A DNA stretch of 64,000 nt from Candidatus Bathyarchaeota archaeon (GCA_963833125.1 CAWHWX010000019.1:64001-128000); one strand, 5' to 3'. Shown: positions 19,988 to 31,871, counted from the first letter of the stretch. Made by a program: numbers and translations. Notes: generated by a model from the sequence alone, not told the origin.

Positions 19988-20995
19988 TTAGGAAAAGTTT
20001 CCAGGGTCAACATCCCTCAGCACTGAAAGGTAAGTCGAAACATAATCACCGAAAGTTATAGCGCTAAGTAACCACCCCAATCTATTGTCGCCTGCCACTT
20101 CGAAACTAATGGCCCGCGCAAATCCGAGCTGCGAAAGCAACTCAACCAACCTTTTCTCCGTTCTTTCATCCCCTCCTGTTTGGTTTTGGTTACAAAGAAT
20201 AATTGGTTGAGTTCGAGACAGCTCCGTGAGCGTCTTCAACCCTTCAATGTCATTATGGTATGCTTCTGGGAGGGCGAGGTAGAATGCTGGAACTTTGCTG
20301 TTCTCGTTAAGCTCATTTTTGAATCGGCGAAGCACACTAATGTTGTCCTCGCTCCCTAACAGGACGGGGAGATGATCCTTGAGTGCGACAGCCATCTGCT
20401 TCGCCTGATTCTTGGTCAGCGGGACTGATGGCTTTACCGAAGTGATTATTTGCCGGACCGACCGTGAAGCCGTATCAAGCAGTTTCTGAGTATCCTTGAG
20501 AACGCCTCCTTGACCCAAGACATAGGCCAGTGCCGCTACGAGTTCAGGTAACGCCAATCTTGGAGGCATGCCTCCATCGACCTTCACGTAAGGGATTCCT
20601 TGGGATTGCGCAGTGGCGAGAAGTTTCCCACCGGAGCAAACTACAGCAACGTTTGCTCCGTTACGCTTTGCTTGCTCGAACAATCCAAGTGTTTCGGCGG
20701 TATCTCCGGAGTAACTAATCGCAATGAATAGGGTATTCTTTCCCACATAACGCGGCATTCCAACAGATCTACAAACCGCCACAGGAATACCGACTTCACT
20801 CCGCAAGTAGTCTGTGAGGATATCCCCAACAATTCCGGAACCTCCCACGCCCCCAAAGACGATGTTCATAGGGCTTTGAAAGCGAATTCGGCAGGTGGAA
20901 TCGGCATTTGATGGTGGAACCAGACGATCTGGAGTCCTCTCAATCGCCGCCAGCATATCCGATTGGTCCACCCCTTCGAATTTCAGTCGGCTCAT
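19988..20995 (-). CDS. Bifunctional phosphoglucose/phosphomannose isomerase
   Basis: GVGGSGIVGD, ISYSGDTAET, SGGKL, PPRLA, RFKNELNENSK, PEAYHNDIEG. Confidence 0.9.
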   Translation of the reverse strand: MSRLKFEGVDQSDMLAAIERTPDRLVPPSNADSTCRIRFQSPMNIVFGGVGGSGIVGDILTDYLRSEVGIPVAVCRSVGMPRYVGKNTLFIAISYSGDTAETLGLFEQAKRNGANVAVVCSGGKLLATAQSQGIPYVKVDGGMPPRLALPELVAALAYVLGQGGVLKDTQKLLDTASRSVRQIITSVKPSVPLTKNQAKQMAVALKDHLPVLLGSEDNISVLRRFKNELNENSKVPAFYLALPEAYHNDIEGLKTLTELSRTQPIILCNQNQTGGDERTEKRLVELLSQLGFARAISFEVAGDNRLGWLLSAITFGDYVSTYLSVLRDVDPGNFS

Positions 20996-21041
20996 CTAGG
21001 CTCATTTTCTCTCCCCTTGAGACCAACCTTCCCCAATAGAT

Positions 21042-21526
21042 TCATTCTTTCTTTGTAGTCTTTGGGGTGTCTCGTTCCTCGGCGTCCAATTCTTTGAATC
21101 GTGTTTCCACGAATTCAGCCACTCGTTCCTGACCATATTTCTTCAATTCGCTTTGTTTCTTCAATTGTTGTTCGATTGTGCGAAGCAGTTCAGTCATGTT
21201 GATTGGCTTGACCAAATAGCCGTTGGCGCCCTTGTTTACCGCGTCGATTGCATTCTGTAGTGCGGGGTATCCTGTGAGGATGATCTTGACCATCTCTGGG
21301 GTTGTTTGTTTCATGGAGGTTAGGACTTTCGTGCCTTCCATGTCTGGGAGGCGAATGTCTACGAGCGCAAGGTTATAGAAGTTGGTTTGAGATTTCGCAC
21401 GGCATCCTTGCCGTTGCTCGCGGTATCGACCACGTATCCTTCAGTCTTCAGAGCTTCAGCGACAACTTTGCGAATACCTTCATCGTCGTCTACGACGAGT
21501 ATTCTGCCTTCCGTGCCTTCACTCAT
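21042..21526 (-). CDS. Response regulator receiver protein (frameshift near 21395)
   Basis: RILVVDDDE, LVDIRLPDMEG, IILTG, YLVKP. Confidence 0.9.
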
Positions 21527-24500
21527 AATTGTTCACCTCCAGCCTGGTCTGTTGGATTGGAAGTTTCATCGTGAATGTCGTCCCCTTTCCGACTGTGCTC
21601 TGAAAGGAAATAGAGCCGCCATGGGCTTCTGTAATGCGTCTGCAGATTGGCAGCCCCAGCCCAATTCCCTTCGCCTTCGTCGTGTGTAATGGTGTCCAAA
21701 TCTTCTCGACCATGTCCTGGGAGATTCCAACCCCTGTGTCGCGAATGGATATCGATACCTCTTTTTGTGGTTTATGCTGGAGATGGACAGTTTTCCTCCT
21801 TCCGGCATTGCGTCAATAGCGTTTTGAATAAGGTTGGCAAGTACACGTTCAATCTTGGGAACGTCGACAAGAATCTCTGGGGTGTCCGTCGTCGTATCCT
21901 CTATCATAACGTTCTGTGGAACCTTGATGCCCTTGAACGTCTGTGCTACGATCGATTTCGGTGTGGCGGGTAGTAGTTGGAGTTGCATTTCTCTTGAAAA
22001 CTCCAACAGGTCGTTGACGATTCCATTTGCGTACTGAACTCCGTTGTCTATTACCTCTAGCATCTCGTTCGTGGAAGGATCGATGGAATCGCGGAAGTGC
22101 CTTCTTATGTTGTAAGCGGCTCCGGCTATACCTTGGAGAGGGTTACGTAGGTCATGACCAACCATACCCGCGGTTTCTCCAATCGCCGCGAACCGCTGCG
22201 ATTTAACAAGCTGCGCTTCCAACCGTTTCTGGGGAGTCAAATCGACTAGGCAGAACAGAACTTTACCGAGCGATTGCTCGTAACCCGGAACCACAGCAGA
22301 AATCAGGTTGCAATGCTTCGTTTCGCCGAGCAGCGTTCTGATTTCGACTTCTGCTTCAAAATACTGCTTGCCTTTGGCCAACGAAACTATATCGCCCAAA
22401 AATTCTTGATTCGAGCCTGGTGTGAAGATGCGGCTTACCCGTTCGCCTCCGATAATTTCATCGGCCGACTTCGCGCCGTAGAGATCTAGCGTAGCTTTGT
22501 TCACGTTGACAACTCGGATGAGTGTAGAGCATTTGGCGAGGTCCTTCGGATGGTTAGCGAAGTGATCGTCAAAATCGGAAACGCCTCTTTGTCGTAATTC
22601 ATCTAAGAATTGTTTGACTTCAGTGAGGTCGTCCTCCCACAGCGATACCGGAGAGGCTTCGAACAACTCACGGTACCTCTCCTCACTTCCTCGTAGTTCG
22701 GCCTCCAATCGTTTCTGGGGAGTCAAATCGACTATACAGATCAGGACCTTAGCGAGTGACTGCTCGTAACCAGGAATGACACAGCATATCACGTCACAAT
22801 GCTTCGTCTCGCCTTGCAGCGTTCTGTTGTCCATTTCTGCCTCATAGTACGTCTTGCCTTGAGCCAACGCAACAAGTTCGCCTGAGAATTGTTTCCGATT
22901 TGATTCCTCTGTCAAGACTCCGCTTAAACCTCCGACAATCTCATCTATTGACTTCGCCCCGTAGAGGTTTAAAGTAGCTTTATTCACGTTGACAACATTC
23001 ACCATTGCAAGACATTTGTCAACGTCGCCAGGGTTATTAGAGAAGTGGTCGCCAAAATCTGAAACTCCCTTTTGCCGTAATTCATTTAGGAATTGTCTCA
23101 CTGCCGAGAAGTCTTCCTCCCAGAGTGATATCGGGCAGGCATCAAACAGTTCACGATATTTTTCCTCGCTTTCCTGTAGTTTCCTGGTTCTCTCTGCAAT
23201 CAGATCCTCTAGATGCAGCGATTGTTGCCTCAACTTCTGTTCCAACCGTCACGTTCGGTGACATCAGGAGTATTCCTTCATGGTAAATGATGTTTCCTTG
23301 TTCGTCGTGAACATAACGGCCGTGGTCTTCTACCCAAATCTCTGAACCATCCTTCCGGCGCATACGGTATGCCTCCACTTCTTCTTGACCAGTATCCAGA
23401 ATGTGGCTTCCACGTTCTTCGGCCGAGAAATACAGTTCCTTCCTGATGTCCATAATGGACAACACTTCCTGTTTACTCGCGTACCCGAACATCTTCACAA
23501 AAGCAGGGTTGACGTCGACAAATCGCCCCTCGTGTGTGCTAAGATATACTCCATCCAGCATCTGATCAAAGAGAGAACGGTATCGTTCTTCCGATTGACG
23601 AAGCTTCTCTTCATTACCCTTGCGTTCAGTGATGTCAACAAAAGAAAATTGAATTGCCGGCTTTTCTTCGTAGGTGATTTTCGTAGCTCTAGTCAAGACT
23701 GGTATTTCCGAACCGTCCTTCCTGGTCAGGCTTATCTCATAAGGAGGGAGGTCCTCGCCACGCTGCCTCTTGACAGCGTTTTCCTTGAGCAAACTCCTAG
23801 ATTTCTGCGACACTACCTTCTCTATTGGGTCAATAGACGATACTAATTCTTCGTAAGTCCAACCCAACTTGAGGATTGCCGCACTGTTGATGTACCTCAG
23901 AACTCCATCCTGGAAAATACCGATTAGGTTGGGAGAATTCTCAACCATCGCACGATACTTCTCCTCACTCTCCTGCAGCGCCTTATCCATGCGTGCGCGT
24001 TCCGCTATGCCTTGATCGATCTCTGCGCCGATCCCAATGCTCAATCTCCCAGTAACCAAGATCACTACTGCGAGCCATCCCAACAGCTCCAACGACGTTA
24101 CGAGTGATTCAGGGTAGATACTTCCCAGCATTTCATCAATGACGAGAGAAGTCACCAATGTCAGTGCTGAGGCTGGAAGAAAAGCTCGCAGCAGCCTAGC
24201 CTGTACCGAATCCCCCGTTAAAGTCCGCATTGGCCAACATTCTCGCCCAGCTGCAGCCCAGATCTCTGTTCCCAAGAATAGGAAGGCGATCGCCGCTAGA
24301 ATTGAGACTGGTATTATTGGGCTGCCATAAAGCAGCGGGGCCTGGTACAAGTAGCCGATACTCGTCACGACTCCGCATGATAGGATAACTATCCCAAGCA
24401 AAGCGACACTAGCTCTCGTCCGCGTCCCTGAAGACGAGACGAGTAAGATCAGCGAAAGGCCCCCAAGGAGGAACATAACGCTCGTGACGATGGATATCCT

Positions 24501-24932
24501 GGCTAGCGGATATCCCTGAAGGGTAGCAGGATGAGGAAATATCACTGCCTCGATACTGAAACTTCCCGGAATCAGGGCGTCATAGATGGTTAATGAGGTC
24601 AACATTACAACGAGAACACCCACAAATCCGACTGGTATTCTAAACCGGGAATATTCAGGTCCCACACCGTACAGAAAGCACGATGCCCCCAGCAACACGA
24701 CGAGGACAATGGTCAATGGAGCAATTGGAACAAACAACGGGTTAATTTGTGCAATGTTAAGCTGGCCGGTCACCCAGGCTAGAGTTCCAAACGCACCAAT
24801 TGCTGCTAATGCGGTAAAGCATATTGAGATTATGAGCGGAAGTCTTGATCTATCCTCAGATATCGATGAGACCAATCCACTCTTCCTAAGCTTGAGTTTC
24901 TTTTCTTTTTTTCTTTCTTTTTCGATCAACAT
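21519..24932 (-). CDS. Membrane-bound multi-PAS sensor histidine kinase (frameshifts near 23250 and 21750)
   Basis: N-terminal TM region, four PAS-like domains, H-box GHDLRNPL, N-box NLIQNAIDA, G-box GIGLGL. Confidence 0.9.
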
Positions 24933-24946
24933 ATGCCTATGTAACT

Positions 24947-25274
24947 TTACTGACGGATTCTGCATTTCTTCTTCGCCTCATCAACATATTCCAGGAGAGT
25001 GCGATTAGGATTGAGTGTGAACTCGAGCCCCAATTTGAGGTAGAATGTTTTGGCGATAGCTTTAGTTATAGTTTCTGTGCCGAGCGCCAAAAATCTGCTC
25101 TAGCGCAGTTAGTAGACTGTCAAGACTGTCAGGGAGTTGATCTCTCGAAATAGCGTGAAATGTCTGGAGATGGACATATAGCGCATCAACCACAGCTCGG
25201 CTAAGAAGATCAGTGATGGTTTCGTCTATGGATTCGACCAATGCATCATTGAACTCCCGTTGTGGTTGTCGCAA
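24947..25274 (-). CDS. Small archaeal signalling-associated helical domain protein (NitrOD5-like), frameshifted
   Basis: LVESIDETITDLL..ALYVHL..LEQIFG; lies directly upstream of the kinase. Confidence 0.55.
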
Positions 25275-25321
25275 TTCAATTCAATTTTGAAGGTGCCCGA
25301 ACATTGTTGCGCCCTATCGAT

Positions 25322-25483
25322 TTACTCTTCGATCTTCACCGTGCCTCGCTTTACCAGAATCCTGTCGTGGTCTTTGACGAACACTATTAGATCGCCGTTG
25401 TCAGCCCTGAGGAATTCTCTTACGAATTTCGGGAGGGTTAATTGATATTTCCCCGTAATAGTCGACTTGCCTACGACTTCCAT
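25322..25483 (-). CDS. AbrB/MazE/SpoVT family DNA-binding protein
   Basis: STITGKYQLTLPKFVREFL..GDLIVF. Confidence 0.85.
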   Translation of the reverse strand: MEVVGKSTITGKYQLTLPKFVREFLRADNGDLIVFVKDHDRILVKRGTVKIEE

Positions 25484-25628
25484 GGAATCACACCTTAATG
25501 GAAGCATGGAATCCATGATCATAGACGTTCTGTCACCGTCGACAGTACCGTTGGGTGACACCCTGAAATCCTTCTATCTGCTGGTTAGATTCATCTTTTA
25601 AGAACCGAATCGATGCCTGGAGTCGGTC

Positions 25629-26498
25629 TTGATGACAAGAGGGGGGTATATGGGGAGGCGGTTCTCGGTTGCTATTCCAGGCTCAGTGGTCTCGGATACA
25701 CCACATCTACGTGAAAAAACTGCTAAGCTTGGAGCAATCGCAAGGGCGTGCTCAATCTTCGGAGTGACCGAGATCATTCTCTATCCCGATGATCCCAATC
25801 GCGATCAAGGAGCGGACCTGCAATTCTGTACCGACATTCTAACCTACATTGAGACGCCACAATATCTCCGCCGGAAATTGTTCAAGCTGAGCCCCACGTT
25901 CGAATTCACGGGCATCTTACCCCCACTACAGATCCCTCCACATAATGTACCAAGCTCTCTGTCGGAAGTCCAAGTGGGGGATTTTAGAGATGGCGTGGTT
26001 GCTGCGCGTAGCGGCTCAGATGTGGAGGTTGATGCTGGACTAAAGGAAACTGTCGAATGTCAAGGAAATTATCAGGTCGGCGAAAGAGTTACGCTTCAAC
26101 TCACTCAAGCGGGGATGGAGTTGCGTGGGAAAATCGTAGAAGCATCGAGTACGAACCTATATTGGGGCTACGGAGTAACCCGCTCAAAATTCAAGCTTGC
26201 ATGCCTGCTTGAGAGTGAACAATTCAATCTAAAGATCGGTACGTCACGATATGGGACGCCTGTAGAAGAGGTTTGGGCGGAGATCAGTCAATCGCTGAGT
26301 GATGTTGAATCAGTTCTAATCGCTTTCGGCTCACCTAAAAGGGGATTACTGGATATTCTCGGTCAAGAAGGCAAGAAACCAAAGGATCTCTTTCACTTCT
26401 TCGTAAACACGGTCCCCTCTCAGCAAGTCGCGACCGTTCGAACAGAAGAGGCTTTATTCATCACGTTGGGCATGCTTAACGAAATGAAACTTAAGTGA
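25629..26498 (+). CDS. SPOUT-family RNA methyltransferase (MTH1/C9orf114-like)
   Basis: IARACSIFGV, YIETPQYLRR, YWGY, FGSP..G, NTVPSQQVATVRTEEA; typical position at the head of the archaeal r-protein cluster. Confidence 0.9.
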   Translation: MMTRGGYMGRRFSVAIPGSVVSDTPHLREKTAKLGAIARACSIFGVTEIILYPDDPNRDQGADLQFCTDILTYIETPQYLRRKLFKLSPTFEFTGILPPLQIPPHNVPSSLSEVQVGDFRDGVVAARSGSDVEVDAGLKETVECQGNYQVGERVTLQLTQAGMELRGKIVEASSTNLYWGYGVTRSKFKLACLLESEQFNLKIGTSRYGTPVEEVWAEISQSLSDVESVLIAFGSPKRGLLDILGQEGKKPKDLFHFFVNTVPSQQVATVRTEEALFITLGMLNEMKLK

Positions 26499-26504
26499 CT
26501 ACCC

Positions 26505-27299
26505 TTGGCAAAAACGATTCCGCTTTATGGCGCAGATGGGAAATCTGCCGGAACGGTGTCTCTTCCACGATTTTTCGAAGCCCCCGTGCGCGCTGATCTC
26601 ATCAGACGCGCGGTCGTGGCCATACAAAGTCATTCCTTCCAACCCCAGGGCCGGAATCCGATGGCCGGCAAAAGAACGACGGCCGCATCTTTGGGAGTCG
26701 GGCACGGAATGTCTCGAATCCCACGGGTTAAAGGTGAACGATATGCGAGGGGTGGACTGGCCGGGTTTGCGCCGAGTACCGTTAAGGGGCGGTTAACGTT
26801 TCCACCTACATCAGCAAAGCGCTCTGGTAAGAAGATAAATCGAAAGGAGCTTAGGCTCGCAATGCTCTCCGCGGTTGCAGCCACTTCCTCCAATCCCTTG
26901 GTTCAAGCTCGTGGGCATAGAATCGCAGACGACTTAGAACTGCCCCTCGTCGTTTCGGACGATGCAGAGAAACTAACGAAGAGCTCTGAAGCGGAGAAGA
27001 TACTCAAGAACATTGGAGTGTGGGAGGATGTTGAGAGAGCCTCTGAGCGAAAGATTCGCAGCGGAAAAGGCAGCGTACGCGGACGTCCTCACAAAACACG
27101 CGTGAGCGCATTGATTGTTGTCTCGAAACGCCAAGGCGCGGAAAGAGCCTTTGGCAATTTCAGTGGTGTCGGCGTTGTAGACGTATCCAGCCTAAACGTT
27201 AGTGACCTAGCCCCCGGAACTCAACCAGGTCGACTAACTATATGGACCGAGTCAGCTATCAAAGGGCTTGAGACCCGCATGGGAGGAACTCCGGCTTGA
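26505..27299 (+). CDS. rpl4: 50S ribosomal protein uL4
   Basis: [41 protein letters not shown]. Confidence 0.97.
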   Translation: MAKTIPLYGADGKSAGTVSLPRFFEAPVRADLIRRAVVAIQSHSFQPQGRNPMAGKRTTAASLGVGHGMSRIPRVKGERYARGGLAGFAPSTVKGRLTFPPTSAKRSGKKINRKELRLAMLSAVAATSSNPLVQARGHRIADDLELPLVVSDDAEKLTKSSEAEKILKNIGVWEDVERASERKIRSGKGSVRGRPHKTRVSALIVVSKRQGAERAFGNFSGVGVVDVSSLNVSDLAPGTQPGRLTIWTESAIKGLETRMGGTPA

Positions 27300-27566
27300 C
27301 AAAGCTAGCAACAAACGACGTAGTCAGGTACCCCTTGCTCTCCGAAGACGCCGTGACGCTGCTCGAAGCGGAGAATAAAATCACGTTCATTGTCGATAGA
27401 CGCTCAGACAAACACGACATCAAACGGGCGGTTCAAGAACTCTACGAAGTCAAGGTTCTAGACGTAAGAACCCTAATCACACCAGAGGGCGACAAGAAGG
27501 CCTTCGTCAGACTCACGCACGGACTTCAAAGCTTCTGATCTAGCGGTCAGGTTAGGCATACTATAG
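27296..27566 (+). CDS. rpl23: 50S ribosomal protein uL23 (one inserted base near 27518)
   Basis: [22 protein letters not shown]; corrected frame ends [14 protein letters not shown]. Confidence 0.95.
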
Positions 27567-27645
27567 AAAATTGTGCTCATCATACGCACCTCGAAGCGGC
27601 AACATTATTTAGAACAGAACCGAACGATCGCTGATGTGCTAAGTC

Positions 27646-28047
27646 TTGCCTCGTGAATTCCTATACAGAGGTCATACCTTCGAAGCGTTGCAACAGATGT
27701 CTATGGACGAATTCATCAGAATACTCCCCTCGAGGCAAAGACGGTCCCTTACTCGGGGATTGACTGCTGAGCAACGAACATTGATGGAGCTCATCCGAAA
27801 TTACCGCAGGACCAAGTCGAAGGATGCTAAGCCGATTAAGACACATTGCAGGGACATGGTGGTTATCCCCGAAATGGTAGGGTTGAATCTCCTGATCCAC
27901 AGCGGTAAGGAATTTACCGCGCTCGACATCAAACCCGAAATGTTAGGCCACTACGTCGGAGAATTCGTAATCACAAACAAGAAAGTACAACACGGAACAC
28001 CAGGCATCGGAGCATCAAGAAGCTCAATGTACGTGCCACTTAAGTAG
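27646..28047 (+). CDS. rps19: 30S ribosomal protein uS19
   Basis: FLYRG, IKTHCRDMVVIPEMVG, GHYVGEF, GASRSSMYVPLK. Confidence 0.97.
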   Translation: MPREFLYRGHTFEALQQMSMDEFIRILPSRQRRSLTRGLTAEQRTLMELIRNYRRTKSKDAKPIKTHCRDMVVIPEMVGLNLLIHSGKEFTALDIKPEMLGHYVGEFVITNKKVQHGTPGIGASRSSMYVPLK

Positions 28048-28102
28048 GCATCATTCTGACCGGGGCTCCTCAACTCAAATAGCCTGACCTTCTCTGGTCC
28101 GG

Positions 28103-28381
28103 CTAGTGAACTCTACTAGATTCTAACTGCTCCGTCTTTTCGCGAACACAGAAACCTGGGATAGCGATTACTACGCCCAACACTAGTGCGATGAGAATTG
28201 ATAGAGCATCGCTTGAGGGCTGCGGGCTGGCTTGCGTTACGTTCGGCTGGGCAGTCTGTTGCATCAAGAGCTGCGCTCGCGGGGCGGTAGTTGGTGAAAC
28301 ATATGGAACGTATCCTACTGCTACGCCAATAAGAATGCCCAGCAGGGCGGCTAACCAGATTCTCTTCTCCATCTTCTTCAA
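28103..28381 (-). CDS. Small two-TM membrane protein
   Basis: Two hydrophobic helices joined by a Q/P-rich linker. Confidence 0.55.
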   Translation of the reverse strand: MKKMEKRIWLAALLGILIGVAVGYVPYVSPTTAPRAQLLMQQTAQPNVTQASPQPSSDALSILIALVLGVVIAIPGFCVREKTEQLESSRVH

Positions 28382-28882
28382 TTAGACTTCAGCCTCAATT
28401 TGGATAACTCTACGTTTTCGAACAACGATTTCCCCTAAAGAACGCTGGTCCTTCCACATACGCAGGCATTCATACCAAGAGATACCCGCGCCAGCAGCCC
28501 CCAGCACAATGCCAGCCGGCTCTACCGTGCCGGTTTGAAGGATTGCTTCAATGGAATACGCCAGTACGGCCGTCGTAAGGAAGATTGCGTAGAACAGGTA
28601 TCGGGGTAGTATAAGGTGGCCAACTTTGAGAAACGACTTCAAGGACCCTATCTGAACCTGCTGCTTCAGAAAATAGTCACCGCCAGAATCCTTGTCAACC
28701 ACCCCTAGCTCACGAAGCTTCTCGAGATGGTACAAGGCGATGCTCGGACTTGACATAGAAAGCGCCCTCTGGGTTTCGCGAACACCCACGGATCCGGAAC
28801 TCTTGAACAGGTACCAATACACCCTAAGTGTTGTACCATGAATCTCGCTTTCTCTCGTTGGTGGAGACTTGGTGGATTCCAA
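28382..28882 (-). CDS. Winged-helix transcription factor with two C-terminal TM helices
   Basis: GTTLRVYWYL..GVRETQRAL.MSSPSIALYHLEKL..GVV; TM helices follow LPRYLFY. Confidence 0.8.
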   Translation of the reverse strand: MESTKSPPTRESEIHGTTLRVYWYLFKSSGSVGVRETQRALSMSSPSIALYHLEKLRELGVVDKDSGGDYFLKQQVQIGSLKSFLKVGHLILPRYLFYAIFLTTAVLAYSIEAILQTGTVEPAGIVLGAAGAGISWYECLRMWKDQRSLGEIVVRKRRVIQIEAEV

Positions 28883-29054
28883 TGTTAGGTCAGTAAGAAA
28901 GTATGCTTGAGACTAGATAGAACTTACTTCAGGACGAAAAGCCGAGTCGGCATTGGAAAAGTTCTATTCACGCGTCAAGTCATTACAATTAGGGTCTGTC
29001 TTGGCTAGACGTGAATGGCAGAGGAGTCGGCGCAGAATGGTTCCCGGAAGGAGA

Positions 29055-29252
29055 ATGGAATCTGAGAAGATTTCGGACTTGAGTGAAGCTACTAGGCGTG
29101 CGGAGGTATTCGCTAGAACCGCGTGGCATCAGGCAGCGGTTACCGACAAGTACGAAGATGCGGAGTTCTATGTTGTCAAGGGCGTATCTCCCAGGGGCGA
29201 GTGGACAGTTATGTTCGATAAGAAAAGTGGCAAGAGAGTAATCCCTCCATAA
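29055..29252 (+). CDS. Small hypothetical protein
   Basis: ATG 29055 after GGAG; globular composition. Confidence 0.45.
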   Translation: MESEKISDLSEATRRAEVFARTAWHQAAVTDKYEDAEFYVVKGVSPRGEWTVMFDKKSGKRVIPP

Positions 29253-29384
29253 TACGGGTGACCTTAGGTCTGATGGTGCCGCACACAGATTCAAAGTTGC
29301 TCGGTGCACTCACATAGCCTGTCGGTGACAACCCCGCTAGTCCAGATAGGCTCTCCCTGTCTAGGAAAGCAAGCAGGGACTGAT

Positions 29385-30300
29385 TTAGAGCATTTTGCGG
29401 ATTTCTTCCATGTTCCGGAGGAAGTCCTTCTCGGTTTGCGTATCTGGTGAGAATGTAGGGTCTAGAATCAGCTCGTCAGGTCCGTGTGCTTTGATTGCTG
29501 CCACATCCTCCTTGATCTGTGCTAGCGTCCCCGAAAAGAACGCTCTATCTTTTCCTTGTGATTGTGGAGTAACGGCGAAGTTGTATCGAGCGATAACTCT
29601 TCAAATTGGCTGGATCGCGTCCCACCTCTTTCACCAGGCTTTTGAGTTGCGTTGTAGTCGATTTGAGTTGCTCGACTGTCATGCCTACCGGCATCCATCC
29701 GTCAGCCAGCTTGGCTGTTCGTTTCATTGCGGCTGGGGAGAATGCGGCTAGGTAAATCGGAGGGTGAGGTTTCTGGACTGGTTTCGGTTGGATTATGGAT
29801 TTTGGAAGTTGGAAGTATTTGCCGTGAAACTCTGCGGGGTCGGTGGTCCATATTGCACGAAGTACGCCTATGAACTCATCTGCGCGTTTGCCACGTGTTT
29901 TCACATTCGCTCCGGTGGCGTCATATTCATCTTTCGACCAACCGAGCCCGAAACCAACTCTTAGCCTGCCTCGGGATAAAACATCCAGCGTGGTTAAGCG
30001 ACGTGCTAGGGTCACTGGATTATAGAAGGGAATATCCAGTACGCTCGTTCCTAATGCTACCCGGCTGGTATGTGCAGCGGCGAACGTCAGCGTCTCCAAC
30101 GGGTCGAAAACACGTTTGTAAGGGTCAGGTAGGGGACCACCGAAGTATGGTGTCTGAGGATTCGTGGGGTAAAGTAATCGATCCGTCACCCAAACGCTAT
30201 CATACTTCAACTCCTCAGCCCGTTTCGCAACCGTAACAATCGAATCAGCGTTAGCAGCAGGGCCTATCTGCGGAAGGAAAAATCCGATTTTCATGAGCAA
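29385..30300 (-). CDS. LLM-class putative F420-dependent oxidoreductase (frameshift near 29600)
   Basis: AEELKYDSVWVTDRL, DPLETL..AAAHTSRVALGTSV, LDVLSRGRLRVG.GLGW, PKPVQKPHPPI. Confidence 0.9.
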
Positions 30301-30508
30301 TCCCGCGTGTGGAAGTAGCCGCGCTATAAATCGGTTGGCATTGTGGATTCAAATTGGTCATGCATGGCTCACGCTTCTACGACGAACATCGCAATAACAT
30401 CGCGGGAGTGACCTGAGAGACAATTCTTGCTATTTGTTTACACTATTCAGTTAACTCAACGTTTTTTAGGGGTACTGCGCACATGCGGCTGCGCACGGTG
30501 CAATCAGA

Positions 30509-30976
30509 ATGCCAAAGTGGGGATACTCGGTTAAGGAGTTCGATCCTGACCGAGCAGTCAAGTGTTCAGGAAGGGAGTTGAAAATATCCCCAAAGCACGC
30601 AACCGAAATCTGTCGAAAGCTCCGAGGAATGAGATTAGATTCCGCGAAAGATCTTCTGGAAGGAGTAACACTCAAGAAACGGGCGATAGCCTTCCGACGC
30701 TACCATAAGGAAGTACCGCACCGAAGTCTGGATGAGGGCTGGTATGCTGGCCGTTATCCAGTGAAAGCTGCGAAGACATTCCTCTTTCTGCTCGAGGAAC
30801 TCGAATCCAACGCAGAGTACAAAGGGTTGGATGTTGACCGATTAAGAATTGTCCACGCGGCTTCCCAGAGGGGAATGAAAACGCAACGTGTCATTTCGAG
30901 GGCGTATGGCAGAGCATCGCCGTACCGAAACACTCTCGTTCACATTGAGCTAATGGGCTATGAGGTAGCTGAGTGA
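30509..30976 (+). CDS. rpl22: 50S ribosomal protein uL22
   Basis: ISPKHATEICR, GRYPVKAA, NAEYKGLD, RAYGRA. Confidence 0.97.
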   Translation: MPKWGYSVKEFDPDRAVKCSGRELKISPKHATEICRKLRGMRLDSAKDLLEGVTLKKRAIAFRRYHKEVPHRSLDEGWYAGRYPVKAAKTFLFLLEELESNAEYKGLDVDRLRIVHAASQRGMKTQRVISRAYGRASPYRNTLVHIELMGYEVAE

Positions 30977-30977
30977 C

Positions 30978-31634
30978 TTGCCCCTTCACAATTATTTCGT
31001 AAAGGAAAACGCCCGTAGGGCTGAGATCGACGAATTCCTATCTCAGGAACTGAAACGGGCGGGTTACAGTAAGGTTGAGATGAGCAAGACACCTCTGGGA
31101 ACGAGAGTTGTAGTGTACGCGGCGAAACCAGGCCTAGTAATAGGCAGACGGGGCCAAAGTATTCGGGACTTAACCGCCGTCCTTGAGCAACAGTTCGGCG
31201 TTCAGAACCCGCAGATTTCGGTGGCGACACTGGAAGCGCCAGAACTTGATCCCAAGGTGGTGGCGTCTCAAATCGCAATGGCGCTTCAACGTGGAATTCA
31301 TTTTAGGCGTGCGTGCTATTGGGCCCTCCAGAGAACGATCGAGGCCGGAGCGCTAGGGGTTGAGATCTCAATTCGCGGGAAACTTACTACTGACAGAGCT
31401 CGTTATGAGAAATACAAAGCCGGTTACCTGCCTTCCGTCGGAGAGGCAATTGACAGGATCGTCCGGGTTGCAGTTGTTGACACGCAACTGAAACAGGGGC
31501 TTTTCGGGATTAGGGTTCGCCTTATGCCGCCGAATGTAAGTTTACCAGACAGACCCGTCATTCGGGATGTCCCAATGGGACCAGCTCCGTCGCCGAAGCC
31601 AGTGGTTGCTCAAGTCGCCGCGGAAGGCGGGTAG
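30978..31634 (+). CDS. rps3: 30S ribosomal protein uS3
   Basis: KTPLGTRV..KPGLVIGRRG, PELDPKVVA, GVEISIRGKL. Confidence 0.97.
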   Translation: MPLHNYFVKENARRAEIDEFLSQELKRAGYSKVEMSKTPLGTRVVVYAAKPGLVIGRRGQSIRDLTAVLEQQFGVQNPQISVATLEAPELDPKVVASQIAMALQRGIHFRRACYWALQRTIEAGALGVEISIRGKLTTDRARYEKYKAGYLPSVGEAIDRIVRVAVVDTQLKQGLFGIRVRLMPPNVSLPDRPVIRDVPMGPAPSPKPVVAQVAAEGG

Positions 31635-31643
31635 TACAGGAGG

Positions 31644-31871
31644 TTGCTGAAGTTGCCGATACTTCGGAAACGTGAAATTAGGCAGCTCCTTCCTGAGGAG
31701 AGGGAGAAGAGGCTAGCCGAGATGAGGACTGAATTGGTGAAGTTGCGTACGACCGTCAAGTCCGGTGGCAATATTGATAATGTCGGAAGGATTCGAGAAC
31801 TCAAACGGACCGTGGCAAGGTTGCTTACAATCGAACATGAGAAACCCATACCTGAGGCAACTCAATCATGA
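31644..31871 (+). CDS. rpl29: 50S ribosomal protein uL29
   Basis: EIRQL..LAEMRTELVKLR..RIRELKRTVARLLTI. Confidence 0.95.
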   Translation: MLKLPILRKREIRQLLPEEREKRLAEMRTELVKLRTTVKSGGNIDNVGRIRELKRTVARLLTIEHEKPIPEATQS

